The notes under the pieces: model-generated
Databases searched by the model: none
The model's input: only the letters and a program-made list of their open reading frames with translations
Told to the model about the DNA's origin: nothing
Shown here: positions 10,801 to 23,300 of the stretch, one piece after another
Layout of the letters: the number at the start of each line of letters is the position of its first letter
Numbering within the stretch: position 1 is the first letter of the stretch
Translations under genes and position numbers: made by a program
Assembly (NCBI RefSeq): GCF_009914755.1
Contig: NC_060942.1
DNA length: 64,000 nt
DNA from: the human T2T-CHM13v2.0 reference genome, Homo sapiens
Direction: 5' to 3' (one strand)

Positions 10801-13800
10801 GTAGTATCTGGAAGTGGACATTTGGAGCGCTTTCAGGCCTATTTTGGAAAGGGAAATATCTTCCCGTAACAACTATGCAGAAGCATTCTCAGAAACTTGT
10901 TTGTGATGTGTGCCCTCTACTGACAGAGTTGAACCTTTCTTTTCATAGAGCAGTTTTGAAACACTCTTTTTGTAGAATCTGCAAGAGGATATTTGCATAG
11001 CTTTGAGGATTTCGTGGGAAACGGGATTGTCTTCAGGTAAAATCTAGACAGAAGCATTCTCAGAAACTTCTTTGGGATGTTTGCATTCAAGTCACAGAGT
11101 AGAACATTCCCTTTGGTAGAGCAGGTTTGAAACACTCTTTTTGTAGTATCTGGAAGTGGACATTTGGAGCGCTTTCAGGCCCATGTTGGAAAGGGAAATA
11201 TCTTCCCGTAACAACTAGGCAGAAGCATTCTCAGAAACTTATTTGAGATGTGTGTACTCAACTAAGAGAATTGAACCACCGTTTTGAAGGAGCAGTTTTG
11301 AAACACTCTTTTTCTGGAATCTGCAAGAGTATATTTGCCTAGCCTTGAGGATTTCGTTGGAAACGGGATTGTCTTCAGAGAAAATCTAGACAGAAGCATT
11401 CTCAGAAACTTCTTTGGGATGCTTGCATTCAAGTCACAGAGTAGAACATTCCCTTTGGTAGAGCAGGTTTGAAACACTCTTTTTGTAGTATCTGGAAGTG
11501 GACATTTGGAGCGCTTTCAGGCCTACGTTGGAAAAGGAAATATCTTCCCATAACAACTAGACAGAAGCATTCTCAGAAACTAGTTTCTGATGTGTGTCCT
11601 CAACTAACACAGTTGAACATTTCTTTAGACAGAACAGTTTTGAAACACTCTTTTTGTGGAATCTGCAAGTGGCTATTTGGCTAGATTTGAGGATTTCGTT
11701 GGAAACGGGATTACATATAAAAAGCAGTCAGCGGCATTCTCAGAAAGTTCTTTGTGATGATTGCATTCAAGTCACAGAATTGAACATTCCCTTTCACAGA
11801 GCAGGTTTGAAACACTCTTTTTGTAGTGTGTGTAAGTGGACATTTGGAGCACTTACCGGCCTAAGGTGAAAAAGGAAATAATCTTCCCATAAAAACTAGA
11901 CAGAAGCATTCTCAGAAACTTACTCGTGATGTGTGTCCTCAACTAAAGGAGTAGAACCTTTCTTTTCATAGAGAAGTTTTGAAACGCTCTTTTTGTGGAA
12001 TCTGCAAGTGGATATTTGGCTAGTTTTGAGGATTTCGTTGGAAGCGGGAATTCATACAAATTGCAGACTGCAGCGTTCTGAGAAACATCTTTGTGATGTT
12101 TGTATTCAGGACACAGAGTTGAACATTCCCTATCATAGAGCAGGTTTGAATCACTCCTTTTGTAGTATCTGGAAGTGGACATTTGGAGCGCTTTCAGGCC
12201 TATGTTGGAAAAGGAAATATCTTCCCATAACAACTAGACAGAAGCATTCTCAGAAACTTATTTGAGATGTGTGTACTCAACTAAGAGAATTGAACCACCG
12301 TTTTGAAGGAGCAGTTTTGAAACTCTCTTTTTCTGGAATCTGCAAGTGGATATTTGGCTAGCTTTGGGGATTTCGCTGGAAGCGGGAATACATATAAAAA
12401 GCACACAGCAGCGTTCTGAGAAACTGCTTTCTGATGTTTGCATTCAAGTCAAAAGTTGAACACTCCCTTTCATAGAGCAGTCCTGAAACACCCCTTTTGT
12501 AGTATCTGGAACTGGACTTTTGGAGCGATTTCAGGGCTAAGGTGAAAAAGGAAATATCTTCCCATAAAAACTGGACAGAAGCATTCTCAGAAACTTGTTT
12601 ATGCTGTATCTACTCAACTAACAAAGTTGAACCTTTCTTTTGATAGAGCAGTTTTGAAATGGTCTTTTTGTGGAATCTGCAAGTGGATATTTGGCTAGTT
12701 TTGAGGATTTCGTTGGAAGCGGGAATTCATACAAATTGCAGACTGCAGCGTTCTGAGAAACATCTTTGTGATGTTTGTATTCAGGACACAGAGTTGAACA
12801 TTCCCTATCATAGAGCAGGTTGGAATCACTCCTTTTGTAGTATCTGGAAGTGGACATTTGGAGCGCTTTCAGGCCTATTTTGGAAAGGGAAATATCTTCC
12901 CGTAACAACTATGCAGAAGCATTCTCAGAAACTTGTTTGTGATGTGTGCCCTCTACTGACAGAGTTGAACCTTTCTTTTCATAGAGCAGTTTTGAAACAC
13001 TCTTTTTGTAGAATCTGCAAGAGGATATTTGCATAGCTTTGAGGATTTCGTGGGAAACGGGATTGTCTTCAGGTAAAATCTAGACAGAAGCATTCTCAGA
13101 AACTTCTTTGGGATGTTTGCATTCAAGTCACAGAGTAGAACATTCCCTTTGGTAGAGCAGGTTTGAAACACTCTTTTTGTAGTATCTGGAAGTGGACATT
13201 TGGAGCGCTTTCAGGCCCATGTTGGAAAGGGAAATATCTTCCCGTAACAACTAGGCAGAAGCATTCTCAGAAACTTATTTGAGATGTGTGTACTCAACTA
13301 AGAGAATTGAACCACCGTTTTGAAGGAGCAGTTTTGAAACACTCTTTTTCTGGAATCTGCAAGAGTATATTTGCCTAGCCTTGAGGATTTCGTTGGAAAC
13401 GGGATTGTCTTCAGAGAAAATCTAGACAGAAGCATTCTCAGAAACTTCTTTGGGATGCTTGCATTCAAGTCACAGAGTAGAACATTCCCTTTGGTAGAGC
13501 AGGTTTGAAACACTCTTTTTGTAGTATCTGGAAGTGGACATTTGGAGCGCTTTCAGGCCTACGTTGGAAAAGGAAATATCTTCCCATAACAACTAGACAG
13601 AAGCATTCTCAGAAACTAGTTTCTGATGTGTGTCCTCAACTAACACAGTTGAACATTTCTTTAGACAGAACAGTTTTGAAACACTCTTTTTGTGGAATCT
13701 GCAAGTGGCTATTTGGCTAGATTTGAGGATTTCGTTGGAAACGGGATTACATATAAAAAGCAGTCAGCGGCATTCTCAGAAAGTTCTTTGTGATGATTGC

Positions 13801-16800
13801 ATTCAAGTCACAGAATTGAACATTCCCTTTCACAGAGCAGGTTTGAAACACTCTTTTTGTAGTGTGTGTAAGTGGACATTTGGAGCACTTACCGGCCTAA
13901 GGTGAAAAAGGAAATAATCTTCCCATAAAAACTAGACAGAAGCATTCTCAGAAACTTACTCGTGATGTGTGTCCTCAACTAAAGGAGTAGAACCTTTCTT
14001 TTCATAGAGAAGTTTTGAAACGCTCTTTTTGTGGAATCTGCAAGTGGATATTTGGCTAGTTTTGAGGATTTCGTTGGAAGCGGGAATTCATACAAATTGC
14101 AGACTGCAGCGTTCTGAGAAACATCTTTGTGATGTTTGTATTCAGGACACAGAGTTGAACATTCCCTATCATAGAGCAGGTTGGAATCACTCCTTTTGTA
14201 GTATCTGGAAGTGGACATTTGGAGCGCTTTCAGGCCTATGTTGGAAAAGGAAATATCTTCCCATAACAACTAGACAGAAGCATTCTCAGAAACTTATTTG
14301 AGATGTGTGTACTCAACTAAGAGAATTGAACCACCGTTTTGAAGGAGCAGTTTTGAAACTCTCTTTTTCTGGAATCTGCAAGTGGATATTTGGCTAGCTT
14401 TGGGGATTTCGCTGGAAGCGGGAATACATATAAAAAGCACACAGCAGCGTTCTGAGAAACTGCTTTCTGATGTTTGCATTCAAGTCAAAAGTTGAACACT
14501 CCCTTTCATAGAGCAGTCCTGAAACACCCCTTTTGTAGTATCTGGAACTGGACTTTTGGAGCGATTTCAGGGCTAAGGTGAAAAAGGAAATATCTTCCCA
14601 TAAAAACTGGACAGAAGCATTCTCAGAAACTTGTTTATGCTGTATCTACTCAACTAACAAAGTTGAACCTTTCTTTTGATAGAGCAGTTTTGAAATGGTC
14701 TTTTTGTGGAATCTGCAAGTGGATATTTGGCTAGTTTTGAGGATTTCGTTGGAAGCGGGAATTCATACAAATTGCAGACTGCAGCGTTCTGAGAAACATC
14801 TTTGTGATGTTTGTATTCAGGACACAGAGTTGAACATTCCCTATCATAGAGCAGGTTGGAATCACTCCTTTTGTAGTATCTGGAAGTGGACATTTGGAGC
14901 GCTTTCAGGCCTATTTTGGAAAGGGAAATATCTTCCCGTAACAACTATGCAGAAGCATTCTCAGAAACTTGTTTGTGATGTGTGCCCTCTACTGACAGAG
15001 TTGAACCTTTCTTTTCATAGAGCAGTTTTGAAACACTCTTTTTGTAGAATCTGCAAGAGGATATTTGCATAGCTTTGAGGATTTCGTGGGAAACGGGATT
15101 GTCTTCAGGTAAAATCTAGACAGAAGCATTCTCAGAAACTTCTTTGGGATGTTTGCATTCAAGTCACAGAGTAGAACATTCCCTTTGGTAGAGCAGGTTT
15201 GAAACACTCTTTTTGTAGTATCTGGAAGTGGACATTTGGAGCGCTTTCAGGCCCATGTTGGAAAGGGAAATATCTTCCCGTAACAACTAGGCAGAAGCAT
15301 TCTCAGAAACTTATTTGAGATGTGTGTACTCAACTAAGAGAATTGAACCACCGTTTTGAAGGAGCAGTTTTGAAACACTCTTTTTCTGGAATCTGCAAGA
15401 GTATATTTGCCTAGCCTTGAGGATTTCGTTGGAAACGGGATTGTCTTCAGAGAAAATCTAGACAGAAGCATTCTCAGAAACTTCTTTGGGATGCTTGCAT
15501 TCAAGTCACAGAGTAGAACATTCCCTTTGGTAGAGCAGGTTTGAAACACTCTTTTTGTAGTATCTGGAAGTGGACATTTGGAGCGCTTTCAGGCCTACGT
15601 TGGAAAAGGAAATATCTTCCCATAACAACTAGACAGAAGCATTCTCAGAAACTAGTTTCTGATGTGTGTCCTCAACTAACACAGTTGAACATTTCTTTAG
15701 ACAGAACAGTTTTGAAACACTCTTTTTGTGGAATCTGCAAGTGGCTATTTGGCTAGATTTGAGGATTTCGTTGGAAACGGGATTACATATAAAAAGCAGT
15801 CAGCGGCATTCTCAGAAAGTTCTTTGTGATGATTGCATTCAAGTCACAGAATTGAACATTCCCTTTCACAGAGCAGGTTTGAAACACTCTTTTTGTAGTG
15901 TGTGTAAGTGGACATTTGGAGCACTTACCGGCCTAAGGTGAAAAAGGAAATAATCTTCCCATAAAAACTAGACAGAAGCATTCTCAGAAACTTACTCGTG
16001 ATGTGTGTCCTCAACTAAAGGAGTAGAACCTTTCTTTTCATAGAGAAGTTTTGAAACGCTCTTTTTGTGGAATCTGCAAGTGGATATTTGGCTAGTTTTG
16101 AGGATTTCGTTGGAAGCGGGAATTCATACAAATTGCAGACTGCAGCGTTCTGAGAAACATCTTTGTGATGTTTGTATTCAGGACACAGAGTTGAACATTC
16201 CCTATCATAGAGCAGGTTTGAATCACTCCTTTTGTAGTATCTGGAAGTGGACATTTGGAGCGCTTTCAGGCCTATGTTGGAAAAGGAAATATCTTCCCAT
16301 AACAACTAGACAGAAGCATTCTCAGAAACTTATTTGAGATGTGTGTACTCAACTAAGAGAATTGAACCACCGTTTTGAAGGAGCAGTTTTGAAACTCTCT
16401 TTTTCTGGAATCTGCAAGTGGATATTTGGCTAGCTTTGGGGATTTCGCTGGAAGCGGGAATACATATAAAAAGCACACAGCAGCGTTCTGAGAAACTGCT
16501 TTCTGATGTTTGCATTCAAGTCAAAAGTTGAACACTCCCTTTCATAGAGCAGTCCTGAAACACCCCTTTTGTAGTATCTGGAACTGGACTTTTGGAGCGA
16601 TTTCAGGGCTAAGGTGAAAAAGGAAATATCTTCCCATAAAAACTGGACAGAAGCATTCTCAGAAACTTGTTTATGCTGTATCTACTCAACTAACAAAGTT
16701 GAACCTTTCTTTTGATAGAGCAGTTTTGAAATGGTCTTTTTGTGGAATCTGCAAGTGGATATTTGGCTAGTTTTGAGGATTTCGTTGGAAGCGGGAATTC

Positions 16801-19800
16801 ATACAAATTGCAGACTGCAGCGTTCTGAGAAACATCTTTGTGATGTTTGTATTCAGGACACAGAGTTGAACATTCCCTATCATAGAGCAGGTTGGAATCA
16901 CTCCTTTTGTAGTATCTGGAAGTGGACATTTGGAGCGCTTTCAGGCCTATTTTGGAAAGGGAAATATCTTCCCGTAACAACTATGCAGAAGCATTCTCAG
17001 AAACTTGTTTGTGATGTGTGCCCTCTACTGACAGAGTTGAACCTTTCTTTTCATAGAGCAGTTTTGAAACACTCTTTTTGTAGAATCTGCAAGAGGATAT
17101 TTGCATAGCTTTGAGGATTTCGTGGGAAACGGGATTGTCTTCAGGTAAAATCTAGACAGAAGCATTCTCAGAAACTTCTTTGGGATGTTTGCATTCAAGT
17201 CACAGAGTAGAACATTCCCTTTGGTAGAGCAGGTTTGAAACACTCTTTTTGTAGTATCTGGAAGTGGACATTTGGAGCGCTTTCAGGCCCATGTTGGAAA
17301 GGGAAATATCTTCCCGTAACAACTAGGCAGAAGCATTCTCAGAAACTTATTTGAGATGTGTGTACTCAACTAAGAGAATTGAACCACCGTTTTGAAGGAG
17401 CAGTTTTGAAACACTCTTTTTCTGGAATCTGCAAGAGTATATTTGCCTAGCCTTGAGGATTTCGTTGGAAACGGGATTGTCTTCAGAGAAAATCTAGACA
17501 GAAGCATTCTCAGAAACTTCTTTGGGATGCTTGCATTCAAGTCACAGAGTAGAACATTCCCTTTGGTAGAGCAGGTTTGAAACACTCTTTTTGTAGTATC
17601 TGGAAGTGGACATTTGGAGCGCTTTCAGGCCTACGTTGGAAAAGGAAATATCTTCCCATAACAACTAGACAGAAGCATTCTCAGAAACTAGTTTCTGATG
17701 TGTGTCCTCAACTAACACAGTTGAACATTTCTTTAGACAGAACAGTTTTGAAACACTCTTTTTGTGGAATCTGCAAGTGGCTATTTGGCTAGATTTGAGG
17801 ATTTCGTTGGAAACGGGATTACATATAAAAAGCAGTCAGCGGCATTCTCAGAAAGTTCTTTGTGATGATTGCATTCAAGTCACAGAATTGAACATTCCCT
17901 TTCACAGAGCAGGTTTGAAACACTCTTTTTGTAGTGTGTGTAAGTGGACATTTGGAGCACTTACCGGCCTAAGGTGAAAAAGGAAATAATCTTCCCATAA
18001 AAACTAGACAGAAGCATTCTCAGAAACTTACTCGTGATGTGTGTCCTCAACTAAAGGAGTAGAACCTTTCTTTTCATAGAGAAGTTTTGAAACGCTCTTT
18101 TTGTGGAATCTGCAAGTGGATATTTGGCTAGTTTTGAGGATTTCGTTGGAAGCGGGAATTCATACAAATTGCAGACTGCAGCGTTCTGAGAAACATCTTT
18201 GTGATGTTTGTATTCAGGACACAGAGTTGAACATTCCCTATCATAGAGCAGGTTTGAATCACTCCTTTTGTAGTATCTGGAAGTGGACATTTGGAGCGCT
18301 TTCAGGCCTATGTTGGAAAAGGAAATATCTTCCCATAACAACTAGACAGAAGCATTCTCAGAAACTTATTTGAGATGTGTGTACTCAACTAAGAGAATTG
18401 AACCACCGTTTTGAAGGAGCAGTTTTGAAACTCTCTTTTTCTGGAATCTGCAAGTGGATATTTGGCTAGCTTTGGGGATTTCGCTGGAAGCGGGAATACA
18501 TATAAAAAGCACACAGCAGCGTTCTGAGAAACTGCTTTCTGATGTTTGCATTCAAGTCAAAAGTTGAACACTCCCTTTCATAGAGCAGTCCTGAAACACC
18601 CCTTTTGTAGTATCTGGAACTGGACTTTTGGAGCGATTTCAGGGCTAAGGTGAAAAAGGAAATATCTTCCCATAAAAACTGGACAGAAGCATTCTCAGAA
18701 ACTTGTTTATGCTGTATCTACTCAACTAACAAAGTTGAACCTTTCTTTTGATAGAGCAGTTTTGAAATGGTCTTTTTGTGGAATCTGCAAGTGGATATTT
18801 GGCTAGTTTTGAGGATTTCGTTGGAAGCGGGAATTCATACAAATTGCAGACTGCAGCGTTCTGAGAAACATCTTTGTGATGTTTGTATTCAGGACACAGA
18901 GTTGAACATTCCCTATCATAGAGCAGGTTGGAATCACTCCTTTTGTAGTATCTGGAAGTGGACATTTGGAGCGTTTTCAGGCCTATTTTGGAAAGGGAAA
19001 TATCTTCCCGTAACAACTATGCAGAAGCATTCTCAGAAACTTGTTTGTGATGTGTGCCCTCTACTGACAGAGTTGAACCTTTCTTTTCATAGAGCAGTTT
19101 TGAAACACTCTTTTTGTAGAATCTGCAAGAGGATATTTGCATAGCTTTGAGGATTTCGTGGGAAACGGGATTGTCTTCAGGTAAAATCTAGACAGAAGCA
19201 TTCTCAGAAACTTCTTTGGGATGTTTGCATTCAAGTCACAGAGTAGAACATTCCCTTTGGTAGAGCAGGTTTGAAACACTCTTTTTGTAGTATCTGGAAG
19301 TGGACATTTGGAGCGCTTTCAGGCCCATGTTGGAAAGGGAAATATCTTCCCGTAACAACTAGGCAGAAGCATTCTCAGAAACTTATTTGAGATGTGTGTA
19401 CTCAACTAAGAGAATTGAACCACCGTTTTGAAGGAGCAGTTTTGAAACACTCTTTTTCTGGAATCTGCAAGAGTATATTTGCCTAGCCTTGAGGATTTCG
19501 TTGGAAACGGGATTGTCTTCAGAGAAAATCTAGACAGAAGCATTCTCAGAAACTTCTTTGGGATGCTTGCATTCAAGTCACAGAGTAGAACATTCCCTTT
19601 GGTAGAGCAGGTTTGAAACACTCTTTTTGTAGTATCTGGAAGTGGACATTTGGAGCGCTTTCAGGCCTACGTTGGAAAAGGAAATATCTTCCCATAACAA
19701 CTAGACAGAAGCATTCTCAGAAACTAGTTTCTGATGTGTGTCCTCAACTAACACAGTTGAACATTTCTTTAGACAGAACAGTTTTGAAACACTCTTTTTG

Positions 19801-20388
19801 TGGAATCTGCAAGTGGCTATTTGGCTAGATTTGAGGATTTCGTTGGAAACGGGATTACATATAAAAAGCAGTCAGCGGCATTCTCAGAAAGTTCTTTGTG
19901 ATGATTGCATTCAAGTCACAGAATTGAACATTCCCTTTCACAGAGCAGGTTTGAAACACTCTTTTTGTAGTGTGTGTAAGTGGACATTTGGAGCACTTAC
20001 CGGCCTAAGGTGAAAAAGGAAATAATCTTCCCATAAAAACTAGACAGAAGCATTCTCAGAAACTTACTCGTGATGTGTGTCCTCAACTAAAGGAGTAGAA
20101 CCTTTCTTTTCATAGAGAAGTTTTGAAACGCTCTTTTTGTGGAATCTGCAAGTGGATATTTGGCTAGTTTTGAGGATTTCGTTGGAAGCGGGAATTCATA
20201 CAAATTGCAGACTGCAGCGTTCTGAGAAACATCTTTGTGATGTTTGTATTCAGGACACAGAGTTGAACATTCCCTATCATAGAGCAGGTTGGAATCACTC
20301 CTTTTGTAGTATCTGGAAGTGGACATTTGGAGCGCTTTCAGGCCTATGTTGGAAAAGGAAATATCTTCCCATAACAACTAGACAGAAG

Positions 20389-23300
20389 CATTCTCAGAAA
20401 CTTATTTGAGATGTGTGTACTCAACTAAGAGAATTGAACCACCGTTTTGAAGGAGCAGTTTTGAAACTCTCTTTTTCTGGAATCTGCAAGTGGATATTTG
20501 GCTAGCTTTGGGGATTTCGCTGGAAGCGGGAATACATATAAAAAGCACACAGCAGCGTTCTGAGAAACTGCTTTCTGATGTTTGCATTCAAGTCAAAAGT
20601 TGAACACTCCCTTTCATAGAGCAGTCCTGAAACACCCCTTTTGTAGTATCTGGAACTGGACTTTTGGAGCGATTTCAGGGCTAAGGTGAAAAAGGAAATA
20701 TCTTCCCATAAAAACTGGACAGAAGCATTCTCAGAAACTTGTTTATGCTGTATCTACTCAACTAACAAAGTTGAACCTTTCTTTTGATAGAGCAGTTTTG
20801 AAATGGTCTTTTTGTGGAATCTGCAAGTGGATATTTGGCTAGTTTTGAGGATTTCGTTGGAAGCGGGAATTCATACAAATTGCAGACTGCAGCGTTCTGA
20901 GAAACATCTTTGTGATGTTTGTATTCAGGACACAGAGTTGAACATTCCCTATCATAGAGCAGGTTGGAATCACTCCTTTTGTAGTATCTGGAAGTGGACA
21001 TTTGGAGCGCTTTCAGGCCTATTTTGGAAAGGGAAATATCTTCCCGTAACAACTATGCAGAAGCATTCTCAGAAACTTGTTTGTGATGTGTGCCCTCTAC
21101 TGACAGAGTTGAACCTTTCTTTTCATAGAGCAGTTTTGAAACACTCTTTTTGTAGAATCTGCAAGAGGATATTTGCATAGCTTTGAGGATTTCGTGGGAA
21201 ACGGGATTGTCTTCAGGTAAAATCTAGACAGAAGCATTCTCAGAAACTTCTTTGGGATGTTTGCATTCAAGTCACAGAGTAGAACATTCCCTTTGGTAGA
21301 GCAGGTTTGAAACACTCTTTTTGTAGTATCTGGAAGTGGACATTTGGAGCGCTTTCAGGCCCATGTTGGAAAGGGAAATATCTTCCCGTAACAACTAGGC
21401 AGAAGCATTCTCAGAAACTTATTTGAGATGTGTGTACTCAACTAAGAGAATTGAACCACCGTTTTGAAGGAGCAGTTTTGAAACACTCTTTTTCTGGAAT
21501 CTGCAAGAGTATATTTGCCTAGCCTTGAGGATTTCGTTGGAAACGGGATTGTCTTCAGAGAAAATCTAGACAGAAGCATTCTCAGAAACTTCTTTGGGAT
21601 GCTTGCATTCAAGTCACAGAGTAGAACATTCCCTTTGGTAGAGCAGGTTTGAAACACTCTTTTTGTAGTATCTGGAAGTGGACATTTGGAGCGCTTTCAG
21701 GCCTACGTTGGAAAAGGAAATATCTTCCCATAACAACTAGACAGAAGCATTCTCAGAAACTAGTTTCTGATGTGTGTCCTCAACTAACACAGTTGAACAT
21801 TTCTTTAGACAGAACAGTTTTGAAACACTCTTTTTGTGGAATCTGCAAGTGGCTATTTGGCTAGATTTGAGGATTTCGTTGGAAACGGGATTACATATAA
21901 AAAGCAGTCAGCGGCATTCTCAGAAAGTTCTTTGTGATGATTGCATTCAAGTCACAGAATTGAACATTCCCTTTCACAGAGCAGGTTTGAAACACTCTTT
22001 TTGTAGTGTGTGTAAGTGGACATTTGGAGCACTTACCGGCCTAAGGTGAAAAAGGAAATATCTTCCCATAAAAACTAGACAGAAGCATTCTCAGAAACTT
22101 ACTCGTGATGTGTGTCCTCAACTAAAGGAGTAGAACCTTTCTTTTCATAGAGAAGTTTTGAAACGCTCTTTTTGTGGAATCTGCAAGTGGATATTTGGCT
22201 AGTTTTGAGGATTTCGTTGGAAGCGGGAATTCATACAAATTGCAGACTGCAGCGTTCTGAGAAACATCTTTGTGATGTTTGTATTCAGGACACAGAGTTG
22301 AACATTCCCTATCATAGAGCAGGTTTGAATCACTCCTTTTGTAGTATCTGGAAGTGGACATTTGGAGCGCTTTCAGGCCTATGTTGGAAAAGGAAATATC
22401 TTCCCATAACAACTAGACAGAAGCATTCTCAGAAACTTATTTGAGATGTGTGTACTCAACTAAGAGAATTGAACCACCGTTTTGAAGGAGCAGTTTTGAA
22501 ACTCTCTTTTTCTGGAATCTGCAAGTGGATATTTGGCTAGCTTTGGGGATTTCGCTGGAAGCGGGAATACATATAAAAAGCACACAGCAGCGTTCTGAGA
22601 AACTGCTTTCTGATGTTTGCATTCAAGTCAAAAGTTGAACACTCCCTTTCATAGAGCAGTCCTGAAACACCCCTTTTGTAGTATCTGGAACTGGACTTTT
22701 GGAGCGATTTCAGGGCTAAGGTGAAAAAGGAAATATCTTCCCATAAAAACTGGACAGAAGCATTCTCAGAAACTTGTTTATGCTGTATCTACTCAACTAA
22801 CAAAGTTGAACCTTTCTTTTGATAGAGCAGTTTTGAAATGGTCTTTTTGTGGAATCTGCAAGTGGATATTTGGCTAGTTTTGAGGATTTCGTTGGAAGCG
22901 GGAATTCATACAAATTGCAGACTGCAGCGTTCTGAGAAACATCTTTGTGATGTTTGTATTCAGGACACAGAGTTGAACATTCCCTATCATAGAGCAGGTT
23001 GGAATCACTCCTTTTGTAGTATCTGGAAGTGGACATTTGGAGCGCTTTCAGGCCTATTTTGGAAAGGGAAATATCTTCCCGTAACAACTATGCAGAAGCA
23101 TTCTCAGAAACTTGTTTGTGATGTGTGCCCTCTACTGACAGAGTTGAACCTTTCTTTTCATAGAGCAGTTTTGAAACACTCTTTTTGTAGAATCTGCAAG
23201 AGGATATTTGCATAGCTTTGAGGATTTCGTGGGAAACGGGATTGTCTTCAGGTAAAATCTAGACAGAAGCATTCTCAGAAACTTCTTTGGGATGTTTGCA

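Larger units (their letters stand above)
29..20388 (+). repeat. HOR sub-domain 1: ten 2036-bp copies carrying an extra A in monomer 10 (GGAAATAATCTTCCC)
   Basis: The extra A is seen at 1700-1701 and in each copy through 20024-20025. ORF period is 2036. Confidence 0.95.
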
